IMG/VR virus record: IMGVR_UViG_3300027741_002766
Location: 32,001 to 96,000 of that record
Reading direction: 5' to 3' (one strand)
From: a virus
Length of the DNA stretch: 64,000 nucleotides
Below the pieces are notes generated by a model. It did not search any database. It saw only the letters and a program-made list of their open reading frames with translations, and was not told the DNA's origin. How positions within the stretch are numbered: position 1 is the first letter of the stretch; every line of letters begins with the position of its first letter. Made by a program: the position numbers and the translations under genes. Of the stretch, positions 40,123-47,843 are shown one piece after another.

Positions 40123-41139
40123 ATGACTAACCTATTTCGCAAAGCCGCGGTCTTTACAGACATTCACTTTGGCCTAAAAAGCAACAGTGTTCAACACAAC
40201 GAGGATTGCCTAAACTTTGTCAAGTGGGCCGTTGCTAAAGCCAAATCAGAAGGTTGTGAGACCTGTTTGTTTCTCGGCGACTGGCACAACAACCGTGCCA
40301 GCCTGAACATTGTTACCCTAAACTACAGCCTGCGGGCACTGGAGCATATGAATGACAACTTCGAGCATGTTTTTTTCATTCCTGGTAATCATGACTTGTA
40401 TTATCGCGACAAACGTGATATACAAAGCGTGGAATGGGCCCGTCATCTTCCGAATGTTACTATATGTAACGATTGGTTTAGTAGCGGCGATGTCGTTATT
40501 GCACCTTGGCTTTGCGGAGATGATCACAAACGCATTCCTAAACTAAAAGGTCGGTACATGTTTGGGCACTTTGAATTGCCTGGTTACTTGATGAACGCCA
40601 TGGTAGAGATGCCGGATCACGGCGAAGTACGCAGAGAAGACTTTGGAAACTTTGAACATGTGTTCACTGGACACTTTCACAAACGACAGACCAAAAAGAA
40701 CATTACCTATATTGGCAATTGTTTCCCGCACAACTACGCCGATGCCGGAGACGATGAACGTGGCCTGACCATTATTGAGTGGGGGCAGGAGCCAGTGTAT
40801 CATGCCTGGCCCGATCAACCCAGATATCGTGTGTTAGGCTTGGCCAATATCATCGACAACGCACCCAACTTACTTGCTCGAGACATGCATGTGCGTGTGC
40901 AGTTGGACATTGAGATATCATATGAAGAGGCCAACTTCATCAAAGAAACTTACATCCGGGATTATGGCTTGCGAGAGATGGCCTTGATACCCAACAAAAA
41001 TAGTTCGGTGGACACTGACATGGCGCCCGGCGAAGTCAAATTTGAATCGGTGGATCAAATTGTTACTGATCAGATTACCAACATTGAATCAGAATTTTAC
41101 GACAATAAATTGTTGTTAAAGATATACCAGACTCTATGA
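40123..41139 (+). CDS. gp47: Recombination nuclease subunit, Mre11/SbcD-like
   Basis: Metallophosphoesterase motifs DIHFG, LGD, GNHD, GHFE, GHFH. Confidence 0.93.
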   Translation: MTNLFRKAAVFTDIHFGLKSNSVQHNEDCLNFVKWAVAKAKSEGCETCLFLGDWHNNRASLNIVTLNYSLRALEHMNDNFEHVFFIPGNHDLYYRDKRDIQSVEWARHLPNVTICNDWFSSGDVVIAPWLCGDDHKRIPKLKGRYMFGHFELPGYLMNAMVEMPDHGEVRREDFGNFEHVFTGHFHKRQTKKNITYIGNCFPHNYADAGDDERGLTIIEWGQEPVYHAWPDQPRYRVLGLANIIDNAPNLLARDMHVRVQLDIEISYEEANFIKETYIRDYGLREMALIPNKNSSVDTDMAPGEVKFESVDQIVTDQITNIESEFYDNKLLLKIYQTL

Positions 41140-41600
41140 CATGGAGACACACACAATTAGGTCAGTCATTGTGTGATCAAGACCAACTGATTTTACAACT
41201 GTTTGAACATCACACGGTAAAGTATGTGGGTCAAGACTGGGAATTTGCCAAGTGCTTGAATCAAGACATTCAGTCTGATAATTTGATTCTAATACTAAAT
41301 CAACCAATCTGGTGTTCGGAATTGATCTCCTTATGCAAAACTCACTTGTCTGAGTCTATCAAAACTTTCTACATCGGGATCAATAGATACTGTATCAAAG
41401 GAAACGACACTACCAAAGATTTCGAAATATCTCAACACCAAGGCCAAGACATAGTTGACTTTGTTGGCGATCAACTTCATGAGCATGGATATTCTGTCAC
41501 AAAGTCAGGCTCATTTGATCAAGACCTTGGCAGATATTTCAACTTTGTGCAACCATTGACATGGCTATATGGATACAAAACAAAAAACACAGATAACTGA
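41136..41600 (+). CDS. Hypothetical protein (154 aa)
   Basis: ATGA-coupled to gp47. Confidence 0.7.
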   Translation: MTWRHTQLGQSLCDQDQLILQLFEHHTVKYVGQDWEFAKCLNQDIQSDNLILILNQPIWCSELISLCKTHLSESIKTFYIGINRYCIKGNDTTKDFEISQHQGQDIVDFVGDQLHEHGYSVTKSGSFDQDLGRYFNFVQPLTWLYGYKTKNTDN

Positions 41601-42144
41601 TCAAAATCGAGATAGTTTTTTCCGTCATGTGTACCATCATCAGACTGACGCCAAAGATCAGTTGGTAGACCTTGATGGTTTAGAAGAATCCACAGTTATT
41701 TGCGTTGACTGCTGTGGATGGTATTATAAAACTTTGTTCCCACATAAATCCATCCAGAGTCTGGAAACAATAAAAACCGTAAAAAATTTCAATCTAGATC
41801 GTGCCTATTTTGATCGACTGATCGACAACCAGTCTGATGATCGACTTGGCTGGCCATCTATATCTGCCGAGCAGTGTGCTGTGATATTTGACAGATCTCC
41901 TTTGCTCAAATATCAAACATTAGATCAGATATCTAGTGTGTTGAACACAGTGGCACACAAGTATACTCCTGCTACGATATTGTTAGAACAAGCATTGAAA
42001 TTTATTGACGACACAAGATTGGTTGACCGATTTTACCATGTATCGGCCCTCAAGATCAACGGATATGTTGTAACCAAGTTCGTGTATGATCTTGATGCAG
42101 ATCGTCTCGGTATTTCTTTCCGCAAAAAAGTTCAACTGCCATGA
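41569..42144 (+). CDS. Hypothetical protein (191 aa)
   Basis: In-operon ORF; VICVDCCGWYY. Confidence 0.7.
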   Translation: MDTKQKTQITDQNRDSFFRHVYHHQTDAKDQLVDLDGLEESTVICVDCCGWYYKTLFPHKSIQSLETIKTVKNFNLDRAYFDRLIDNQSDDRLGWPSISAEQCAVIFDRSPLLKYQTLDQISSVLNTVAHKYTPATILLEQALKFIDDTRLVDRFYHVSALKINGYVVTKFVYDLDADRLGISFRKKVQLP

Positions 42145-43022
42145 CAGATACAATTGCCATTGATTTTGTAGCAGGGACTCATGGTCATTTTCTTGAGACC
42201 ACCCTGAATCGATTTTTTCGCATCACCCCTGACATGACTGAATCTTTTACTGCAACAGGAACCAGTCATCTCAAAACCAATGAGTACCAACAAAACAAAT
42301 TGTTTTGGGCCAGGCATTGGTTTGAACTTGAGCCTGTGCATCTAGCAAATTTACAAAAGATCATATCTATTAGATTCACGCAGGACGACTTGCTACTGGT
42401 ATCTACAGCAAGTTTGTTACGGACTGCGGACTTCAATATCAACAATGATGATCTCGAAATTGACACAGTCAACAAGTTGAGCAACAATTTTTATCAGACA
42501 ACTTTGGAACAGATTTATGCGGCATATCCGTTTTTGGATCGAGCACAAGTATCCATACCCAGACATGTGCTGAGAGAATTTTATAAATTTGGTTTTAGAA
42601 ATCCCCACATCAACGGCTATTGGTTGAAACAACAAGCCATGACATATCCCACACACTGCGACATTTGTTTTTTTGATTTTTCTGCTTTTTACGACCTAGA
42701 CCAGTTGGTTCAAAATATCAAGAAAGTGGAAAAATTTATAGACAAAAAATTTGATTTTTCCCAAGAGTTCTATCAACAGCATGAAAAATTTTTGAGTTTC
42801 ATAACCTACCACCAGCACAAACAACAGTGCGACCATGTGATAGAATGTGTCAAACACGGCATGGATATCTCTATTCCAAGGCTCACATTGTTTCAAGAGA
42901 GTTACATCAATGGCTGTTTGGAAAATATCTACCACAAAGAAATGCCGTTTGATCAGGATAGGTACTTTACTTCTACTAAAGATATGCTATACTATATTAC
43001 TAACCTTGCTCCAAATTTATGA
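42141..43022 (+). CDS. Hypothetical protein (293 aa), possible P-loop/sulfotransferase-like fold
   Basis: N-terminal IAIDFVAGTHGHFL strand-loop-helix; ATGA-coupled on both sides. Confidence 0.6.
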   Translation: MTDTIAIDFVAGTHGHFLETTLNRFFRITPDMTESFTATGTSHLKTNEYQQNKLFWARHWFELEPVHLANLQKIISIRFTQDDLLLVSTASLLRTADFNINNDDLEIDTVNKLSNNFYQTTLEQIYAAYPFLDRAQVSIPRHVLREFYKFGFRNPHINGYWLKQQAMTYPTHCDICFFDFSAFYDLDQLVQNIKKVEKFIDKKFDFSQEFYQQHEKFLSFITYHQHKQQCDHVIECVKHGMDISIPRLTLFQESYINGCLENIYHKEMPFDQDRYFTSTKDMLYYITNLAPNL

Positions 43023-44782
43023 TCCAAATTAAAAATTTAACTGTTCGAAACTTCATGAGTGTGGGTGCGGCCACGCAAGGCATTGACTTTGACCGTAGTG
43101 ACCTTACACTTGTGCTGGGCGAGAACTTGGACCTGGGCGGTGATGGCTCACGCAACGGCACAGGCAAGACCACAATCATCAATGCACTAAGTTATGCCTT
43201 GTATGGTCAAGCACTTTCAAACATTCGCAAGGACAATCTAGTAAACAAGACCAATGGCAAGAACATGTTGGTCAGTTTGGACTTTAGTGTCAACAGCCAA
43301 GAGTACAGAATTGAGCGTGGACGAAAGCCAAATGTATTGCGTTTCTACGTCAACAACGAACACAAGGCAGCCGAAGACGAAGCACAAGGTGACTCAAGAG
43401 AAACACAGGATGCCATAGAACGTGTGATGAACATGAGTCATGACATGTTCAAACATGTGCTGGCGCTGAACACTTATACTGAACCGTTTCTAAGTTTAAA
43501 AGCCAATGATCAAAGAACTATCATTGAACAGTTGTTGGGTATTACACTATTGAGTGAACGTGCTGATGCAATCAAAGAACTTAACAGACAGACCAAAGAT
43601 GCTATACAGGTAGAAGAGTTTCGCATTCGTGCTGTGCAAGAGGCCAACAAGCGCATCGAAGAACAGATTGAAAGTCTGCGTAAGCGTCAACGTCTTTGGA
43701 TTACCAAACGTGATGAAGATGTGGGCAAACTAGGACAGGCTATTCAAGATCTCGAACATATAGACATTGATGCCGAAGTACAGGCACATAGAGATCTAGA
43801 AGCATTCCATGTCAAGAAGAAAGCCATAGACGATGCCACGCGATACATTCGTCAGATTGATGCAGATGATGCCAAACTTACCAAACTGTTAGACAAACTC
43901 AAACGAGAAATTGAAGCACTGGATGCTCACAAGTGTCACAGTTGCGGGCAAGACCTACATGATGACAAACAAGATGAGTTGAAGCAGGCCAAACAAGCCT
44001 TGGTACAAGAAACTGCATTACAACTCCTGGCCAACGATACTCAACGAATTGAGCATACTGATACCTTGGAAAAACTAGGTGAACTAGGCTCTGCTCCTAC
44101 TGTGTTTTATGATACATTAGAACAGGCGTTGAATCATCGCAATACTGTAGAAACCTTACGCAAGGATTTGACCACAAGGCAAGCAGATGTGGATCCCTAC
44201 GAAGAACAAATCACAGACATGCAAGGACAAGCATTACAAACAGTATCATATGATACCTTGAACGAACTCACTAGAGTGCAGGATCATCAAGACTTCCTAC
44301 TCAAACTGCTGACGTCAAAAGATTCGTTCGTACGCAAAAAGATTATTGATCAGAATTTGAGTTATTTGAACGCAAGACTCACACACTATCTGGATCGTAT
44401 TGGATTGCCACACACAGTGAAGTTCCAGAACGATCTCACAGTGAGCATCGAAGAACTGGGCCGTGAACTGGACTTTGACAACCTGAGCCGTGGCGAACGC
44501 AATCGATTGATACTATCAATGTCATGGGCGTTCCGAGATGTTTGGGAAAGTTTATACTCACCAATCAACTTGTTGTTTATTGATGAACTGATCGACAACG
44601 GTCTAGACACACAAGGTGTAGAGAATGCTTTGGCTCTGCTGAAGAAAATGAGTAGAGAGCGTCACAAATCAATTTGGTTAGTATCACATCGTGATGAACT
44701 GGCTGGGCGTGTGGAGAACATACTCAAAGTCATAAAAGAAAACGGATTTACCAGTTACAACACTGACGTAGATCTTGCATAA
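43019..44782 (+). CDS. gp46: Recombination ATPase subunit, Rad50/SbcC-like
   Basis: Walker A NGTGKTT, coiled coil with CHSC zinc hook, LSRGE signature, Walker B LLFIDE, SH switch. Confidence 0.95.
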   Translation: MIQIKNLTVRNFMSVGAATQGIDFDRSDLTLVLGENLDLGGDGSRNGTGKTTIINALSYALYGQALSNIRKDNLVNKTNGKNMLVSLDFSVNSQEYRIERGRKPNVLRFYVNNEHKAAEDEAQGDSRETQDAIERVMNMSHDMFKHVLALNTYTEPFLSLKANDQRTIIEQLLGITLLSERADAIKELNRQTKDAIQVEEFRIRAVQEANKRIEEQIESLRKRQRLWITKRDEDVGKLGQAIQDLEHIDIDAEVQAHRDLEAFHVKKKAIDDATRYIRQIDADDAKLTKLLDKLKREIEALDAHKCHSCGQDLHDDKQDELKQAKQALVQETALQLLANDTQRIEHTDTLEKLGELGSAPTVFYDTLEQALNHRNTVETLRKDLTTRQADVDPYEEQITDMQGQALQTVSYDTLNELTRVQDHQDFLLKLLTSKDSFVRKKIIDQNLSYLNARLTHYLDRIGLPHTVKFQNDLTVSIEELGRELDFDNLSRGERNRLILSMSWAFRDVWESLYSPINLLFIDELIDNGLDTQGVENALALLKKMSRERHKSIWLVSHRDELAGRVENILKVIKENGFTSYNTDVDLA

Positions 44783-44859
44783 TTTCATATTGTAGGCATA
44801 TTTTTAGATCAATCAATCAAGAGGCATAACTATATCGCAAGGACAAATCTTACACTTTT

Positions 44860-45288
44860 ATGACATGGCAATATCAAAACACTCCTGTAGAGACGTTGCC
44901 CGAAGACTGTGTAGGGTTTGTTTACTTGATCACAAATAATCTTTCTGGACGCAAGTACATAGGCAAAAAATTAGCAAAATTCGCAAAAACCACATACAAA
45001 ACTGTAAAACAAAAAAACGGCACAAAAAAGCGGAAGAAGATACGCTCTAAAATCGATTCAGATTGGAGAGAGTACTATGGGTCAAGCCCAGAATTGACCG
45101 CAGACGTAATCACACTAGGCACCGAAAACTTTACCAGAGAAATACTTTACTATTGCAAAAGCAAGTCTGAATGCTCGTACATTGAGGCCCGTGAACAATT
45201 TGCAAGGCGAGTATTGGAATCACAAGATTATTACAATGGCCACATCCAGGTGCGGGTGCATGGCTCACACATAATAAACAAAATTTAA
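44860..45288 (+). CDS. Stand-alone GIY-YIG nuclease (142 aa) with a basic insertion
   Basis: GFVYLITN...KYIGKK, W..YYGSS, FTREIL, YIEARE, YYN; basic loop KQKNGTKKRKKIRSK; no NUMOD DNA-binding tail. Confidence 0.8.
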   Translation: MTWQYQNTPVETLPEDCVGFVYLITNNLSGRKYIGKKLAKFAKTTYKTVKQKNGTKKRKKIRSKIDSDWREYYGSSPELTADVITLGTENFTREILYYCKSKSECSYIEAREQFARRVLESQDYYNGHIQVRVHGSHIINKI

Positions 45289-45640
45289 CAGGCAGCGATC
45301 ACGACTCTGTGCTGAGTGTTTGGGCTCAGCCCCATTGAAGAACGGTGAGATACCCGGTCTGGACTTGGGCGTCAAAGGCAAATTGCTAACTTAAGGCAAC
45401 AAATGGTTTGGGCTCCGTTGAAAAAGATACGACCCATGCTTATAGGACTTGGATCTATATCGGGTTACTAGGGTTCCGTTGATATGTGAAGCGTGAGTAG
45501 GGGGTACCGGTCAACCGCCTCCGTGTGTGCAAACACAATCTCATTAGTATAGATGACTGCTGTCACTCGGATGATGCGCTCTCATTTTCACCGTGCATAC
45601 GGTGAATTATGACCACGTAATCTGGATGATACTTAATCAG
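45289..45640 (+). ncRNA. Candidate large structured non-coding RNA
   Basis: Largest ORF-free gap in the window. Has many helices, including a GCAA-tetraloop hairpin (45524-45537), a long hairpin (45582-45612), a possible pseudoknot (45453-45460/45547-45554) and a closing helix (45288-45295/45557-45563). Boundaries are approximate. Confidence 0.6.
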
Positions 45641-45663
45641 TAACAGTGTTTATGAAACAATCC

Positions 45664-45705
45664 ATTGATGAACGAAGTGAATCAATAGACTTGCGTAGCA
45701 AGTCT
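45664..45705 (+). other. Tandem GNA-triloop hairpins (ssDNA-type structure or bidirectional stop signal)
   Basis: attgat-GA-ac-GAA-gt-GA-atcaat followed directly by agacttgc-GTA-gcaagtct. Confidence 0.6.
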
Positions 45706-46245
45706 CTAAAGTAACTGTAACTGTTTCAACTTTGAGATATAGTATGGTTGTCCTTGAGCAACTGATTGACGCCAATCATCATGTGCATCTTGATTGGCTT
45801 GATCGCTGATGTATTTCCAACACTCAAATTCAACTCCATACTTTGCACAGGCTTTGGCAATGGCATAGGCTTCCATATCTACTATGTCTGCTGGTATTTC
45901 TAGTTGGGGATTCATCACAAAGTTATCACCGGTACTGCAAGTCAGTCCAATTGTGTTGCCAATATGTACGTTGGTTTCAAAAGGCGTTTGTCCAGGCACA
46001 CATCCCAAGGCTTCGCAGATCATGTCACGTTGTACAAACTGGGTACACTGATAGAATCCTGGTGCAACAGTGATGCCTCCGGCTGTGCCAAAGTTGATGA
46101 TGCGTCGGGGACGATACTTGGCTATGACTTCGGCGGTGACCATGGCAGCATTGACCTTGCCCACACCTGTGTAAAACAAGTTCATCATGTGGCCAAGATC
46201 CGGTGCCTCTTCAGGCAAGGCTATTAGAATAACAGTGTCATACAT
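45706..46245 (-). CDS. mtnN: 5'-methylthioadenosine/S-adenosylhomocysteine nucleosidase
   Basis: GVGKVNAA, IINFGTAG, TGDNF, VDMEAYA, KYISD. Confidence 0.85.
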   Translation of the reverse strand: MYDTVILIALPEEAPDLGHMMNLFYTGVGKVNAAMVTAEVIAKYRPRRIINFGTAGGITVAPGFYQCTQFVQRDMICEALGCVPGQTPFETNVHIGNTIGLTCSTGDNFVMNPQLEIPADIVDMEAYAIAKACAKYGVEFECWKYISDQANQDAHDDWRQSVAQGQPYYISKLKQLQLL

Positions 46246-46759
46246 AATCTTCTAGTGAGAACAATTGAATCGAGTTTTGCTTTAGCACAGACTCACCTGG
46301 CAAGAACTTAAGATTTACAATCACTGCGGCTGACACTTGTTCAATGCCAAAATCACAGGTTAGCAGTTCGCTCACAGCCTGTATGGTACCGCCAGTGGCC
46401 AGGAGATCATCCACCACAAGAGGTTGAGTACCCACAGGCGCTGATATTTTGATTTCCACTGTGTCTGTACTGTACTCTGTAGCATAGTTTTTTGCATATA
46501 CTGGTCTTGGCAGTTTGTTGGGTTTACGTGCTAGGATCAAGGGCAGATTGGTTTGATATGCCACAGCAGCCGCAAAAGGGAATCCTCTGCTTTCCATGGC
46601 CACTAGACTGGTTGCTTTGGTTGTTTGCGCACACTGGGCTAACCATTCAACACAATGCGCAAAGGCTGCAGGAGTTTCCAGTACAGGAGTTATGTCAAGA
46701 AAATCGACTCCTGTTCTGGGCCAGTCAGGAATGGTTGGAATAATTAGTTTGAGATTCAT
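46238..46759 (-). CDS. apt: Adenine phosphoribosyltransferase
   Basis: PDWP..GV.FLDITP, ESRGF, RKPNKLP, Y.TEY, PRPP motif VDDLLATGGT. Confidence 0.93.
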   Translation of the reverse strand: MNLKLIIPTIPDWPRTGVDFLDITPVLETPAAFAHCVEWLAQCAQTTKATSLVAMESRGFPFAAAVAYQTNLPLILARKPNKLPRPVYAKNYATEYSTDTVEIKISAPVGTQPLVVDDLLATGGTIQAVSELLTCDFGIEQVSAAVIVNLKFLPGESVLKQNSIQLFSLEDYV

Positions 46760-46765
46760 AATGGT

Positions 46766-46996
46766 TTAAAAGAATGGTAATCCAGATTTCTTGGTTGTCT
46801 CTAGATTCTCTTTGATTAGATCGCCCACTATTGTGCGATCACTGTGACTCATGGCCATGGCCTGATCAAAAGTTAATCCGCCTCTCATGTACCAACTGAG
46901 TTTGACTGCCTCGTTTCTGATCTGATGACATTCTTTGTCCATGGTCTCGATCAGTTGGTTGATCTGCTCAGGGCTAGAGATCAGGAGGCGTTCTCG
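46766..46996 (-). CDS. Tail/baseplate assembly chaperone extension (gp51-like), probably reached by -1 frameshift from the gp26-like gene
   Basis: The -1 frame is open across the slippery site (FFRERLL...WYMRGG....AM.MS..DR). An alternative independent ATG lies at 46942. Confidence 0.65.
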   Translation of the reverse strand, partial: RERLLISSPEQINQLIETMDKECHQIRNEAVKLSWYMRGGLTFDQAMAMSHSDRTIVGDLIKENLETTKKSGLPFF

Positions 46997-47820
46997 AAAA
47001 AACTTGCAAGATCCAGAGTAAACTGTTGCAGGTATTGGTGGTGGCATTCGGGGCATGCAAGATCCAATGGTTTTACTTCACTTGATTGTTTGAGGGCAAT
47101 CACATGATCTCGCAACTGATTGAATATTTGACTAGGGCAGTTGTTGAGGTATTCCATGATAAAATTCTGTTCCGTGACCATGGCATCGGTGCTCTTGATG
47201 GCACTGATACTTTGTGCGATAGTGCTCACAGTGAGGTCGTTGACAATCTTCATGCTCTTTTTCAACTGTTCCATTTTGACAGATTCTTCCACTGAATCGT
47301 CATCGAGCAATCGCAATGCCTGTTGTTGCTCAAATTGAATTTGATTGTTTTGGTTGATTTCGTGATAACTCATAGGACGGAAGTAAAAGTCCAAATTGCC
47401 AATGGTCAAACTTTGATCATAGTTGCCGGGCTTGATTCGATCATTGATCATGCGAAGATCTACCTTGATTTCTTCTTTATGATTGCAACTGGGACAAGTG
47501 CTGTCCATGTCCATGCCATGACCAAAACTAGCAATTCTAATGGCTACAAGAACAGCATCAATGTCTGTACTGGGCATGGCCCAGGCATTACGAATGCCTG
47601 GGATACAACTCTGTATCACTGACACAATGGCGGTTCCGTTAAACAAAGCGTCGGGTGTTCGATAGGTTATTTCGTCTACCGCTGTCATGGGCAACACAGC
47701 CAGTTCCTGGTTGGGAGGCATGTTCAAAGCACCTGTAGGGTAGAATTTGCCGCCTGATGGCAAACGTATATAGATTGCAGGCTGTCTAAAAAATTGGCTG
47801 AGTGGGTTTGATTGTTGCAT
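46981..47820 (-). CDS. gp26: Baseplate hub assembly chaperone, gp26-like
   Basis: NPL..FFRQP.IYI.LPS.G, PMTA.DE, D.D..L.AIR.AS.G, two CxxC motifs, ends LASFF; SD GGAG. Confidence 0.8.
   Translation of the reverse strand: MQQSNPLSQFFRQPAIYIRLPSGGKFYPTGALNMPPNQELAVLPMTAVDEITYRTPDALFNGTAIVSVIQSCIPGIRNAWAMPSTDIDAVLVAIRIASFGHGMDMDSTCPSCNHKEEIKVDLRMINDRIKPGNYDQSLTIGNLDFYFRPMSYHEINQNNQIQFEQQQALRLLDDDSVEESVKMEQLKKSMKIVNDLTVSTIAQSISAIKSTDAMVTEQNFIMEYLNNCPSQIFNQLRDHVIALKQSSEVKPLDLACPECHHQYLQQFTLDLASFFENAS
46996..47002 (-). promoter_or_regulatory. Slippery heptamer T TTT TTC (candidate -1 ribosomal frameshift site)
   Basis: In-frame X XXY YYZ pattern, AGT TTT TTC, 4 codons before the gp26 stop. Confidence 0.65.
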
Positions 47821-47831
47821 ATTTTGCTCCG

Positions 47832-47838
47832 GTAAATA
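47832..47838 (+). promoter_or_regulatory. Late promoter GTAAATA
   Basis: 5 nt upstream of the ATG at 47844. Confidence 0.65.
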
Positions 47839-47843
47839 TAATT

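Noticed and set aside
45289-45705. Group I or II intron, tRNA cluster, tmRNA or CRISPR array
   Set aside because: It does not interrupt a gene. I saw no group I P7 core motifs, no group II domain V, no cloverleaf or TTC loop, and no regularly spaced repeats.
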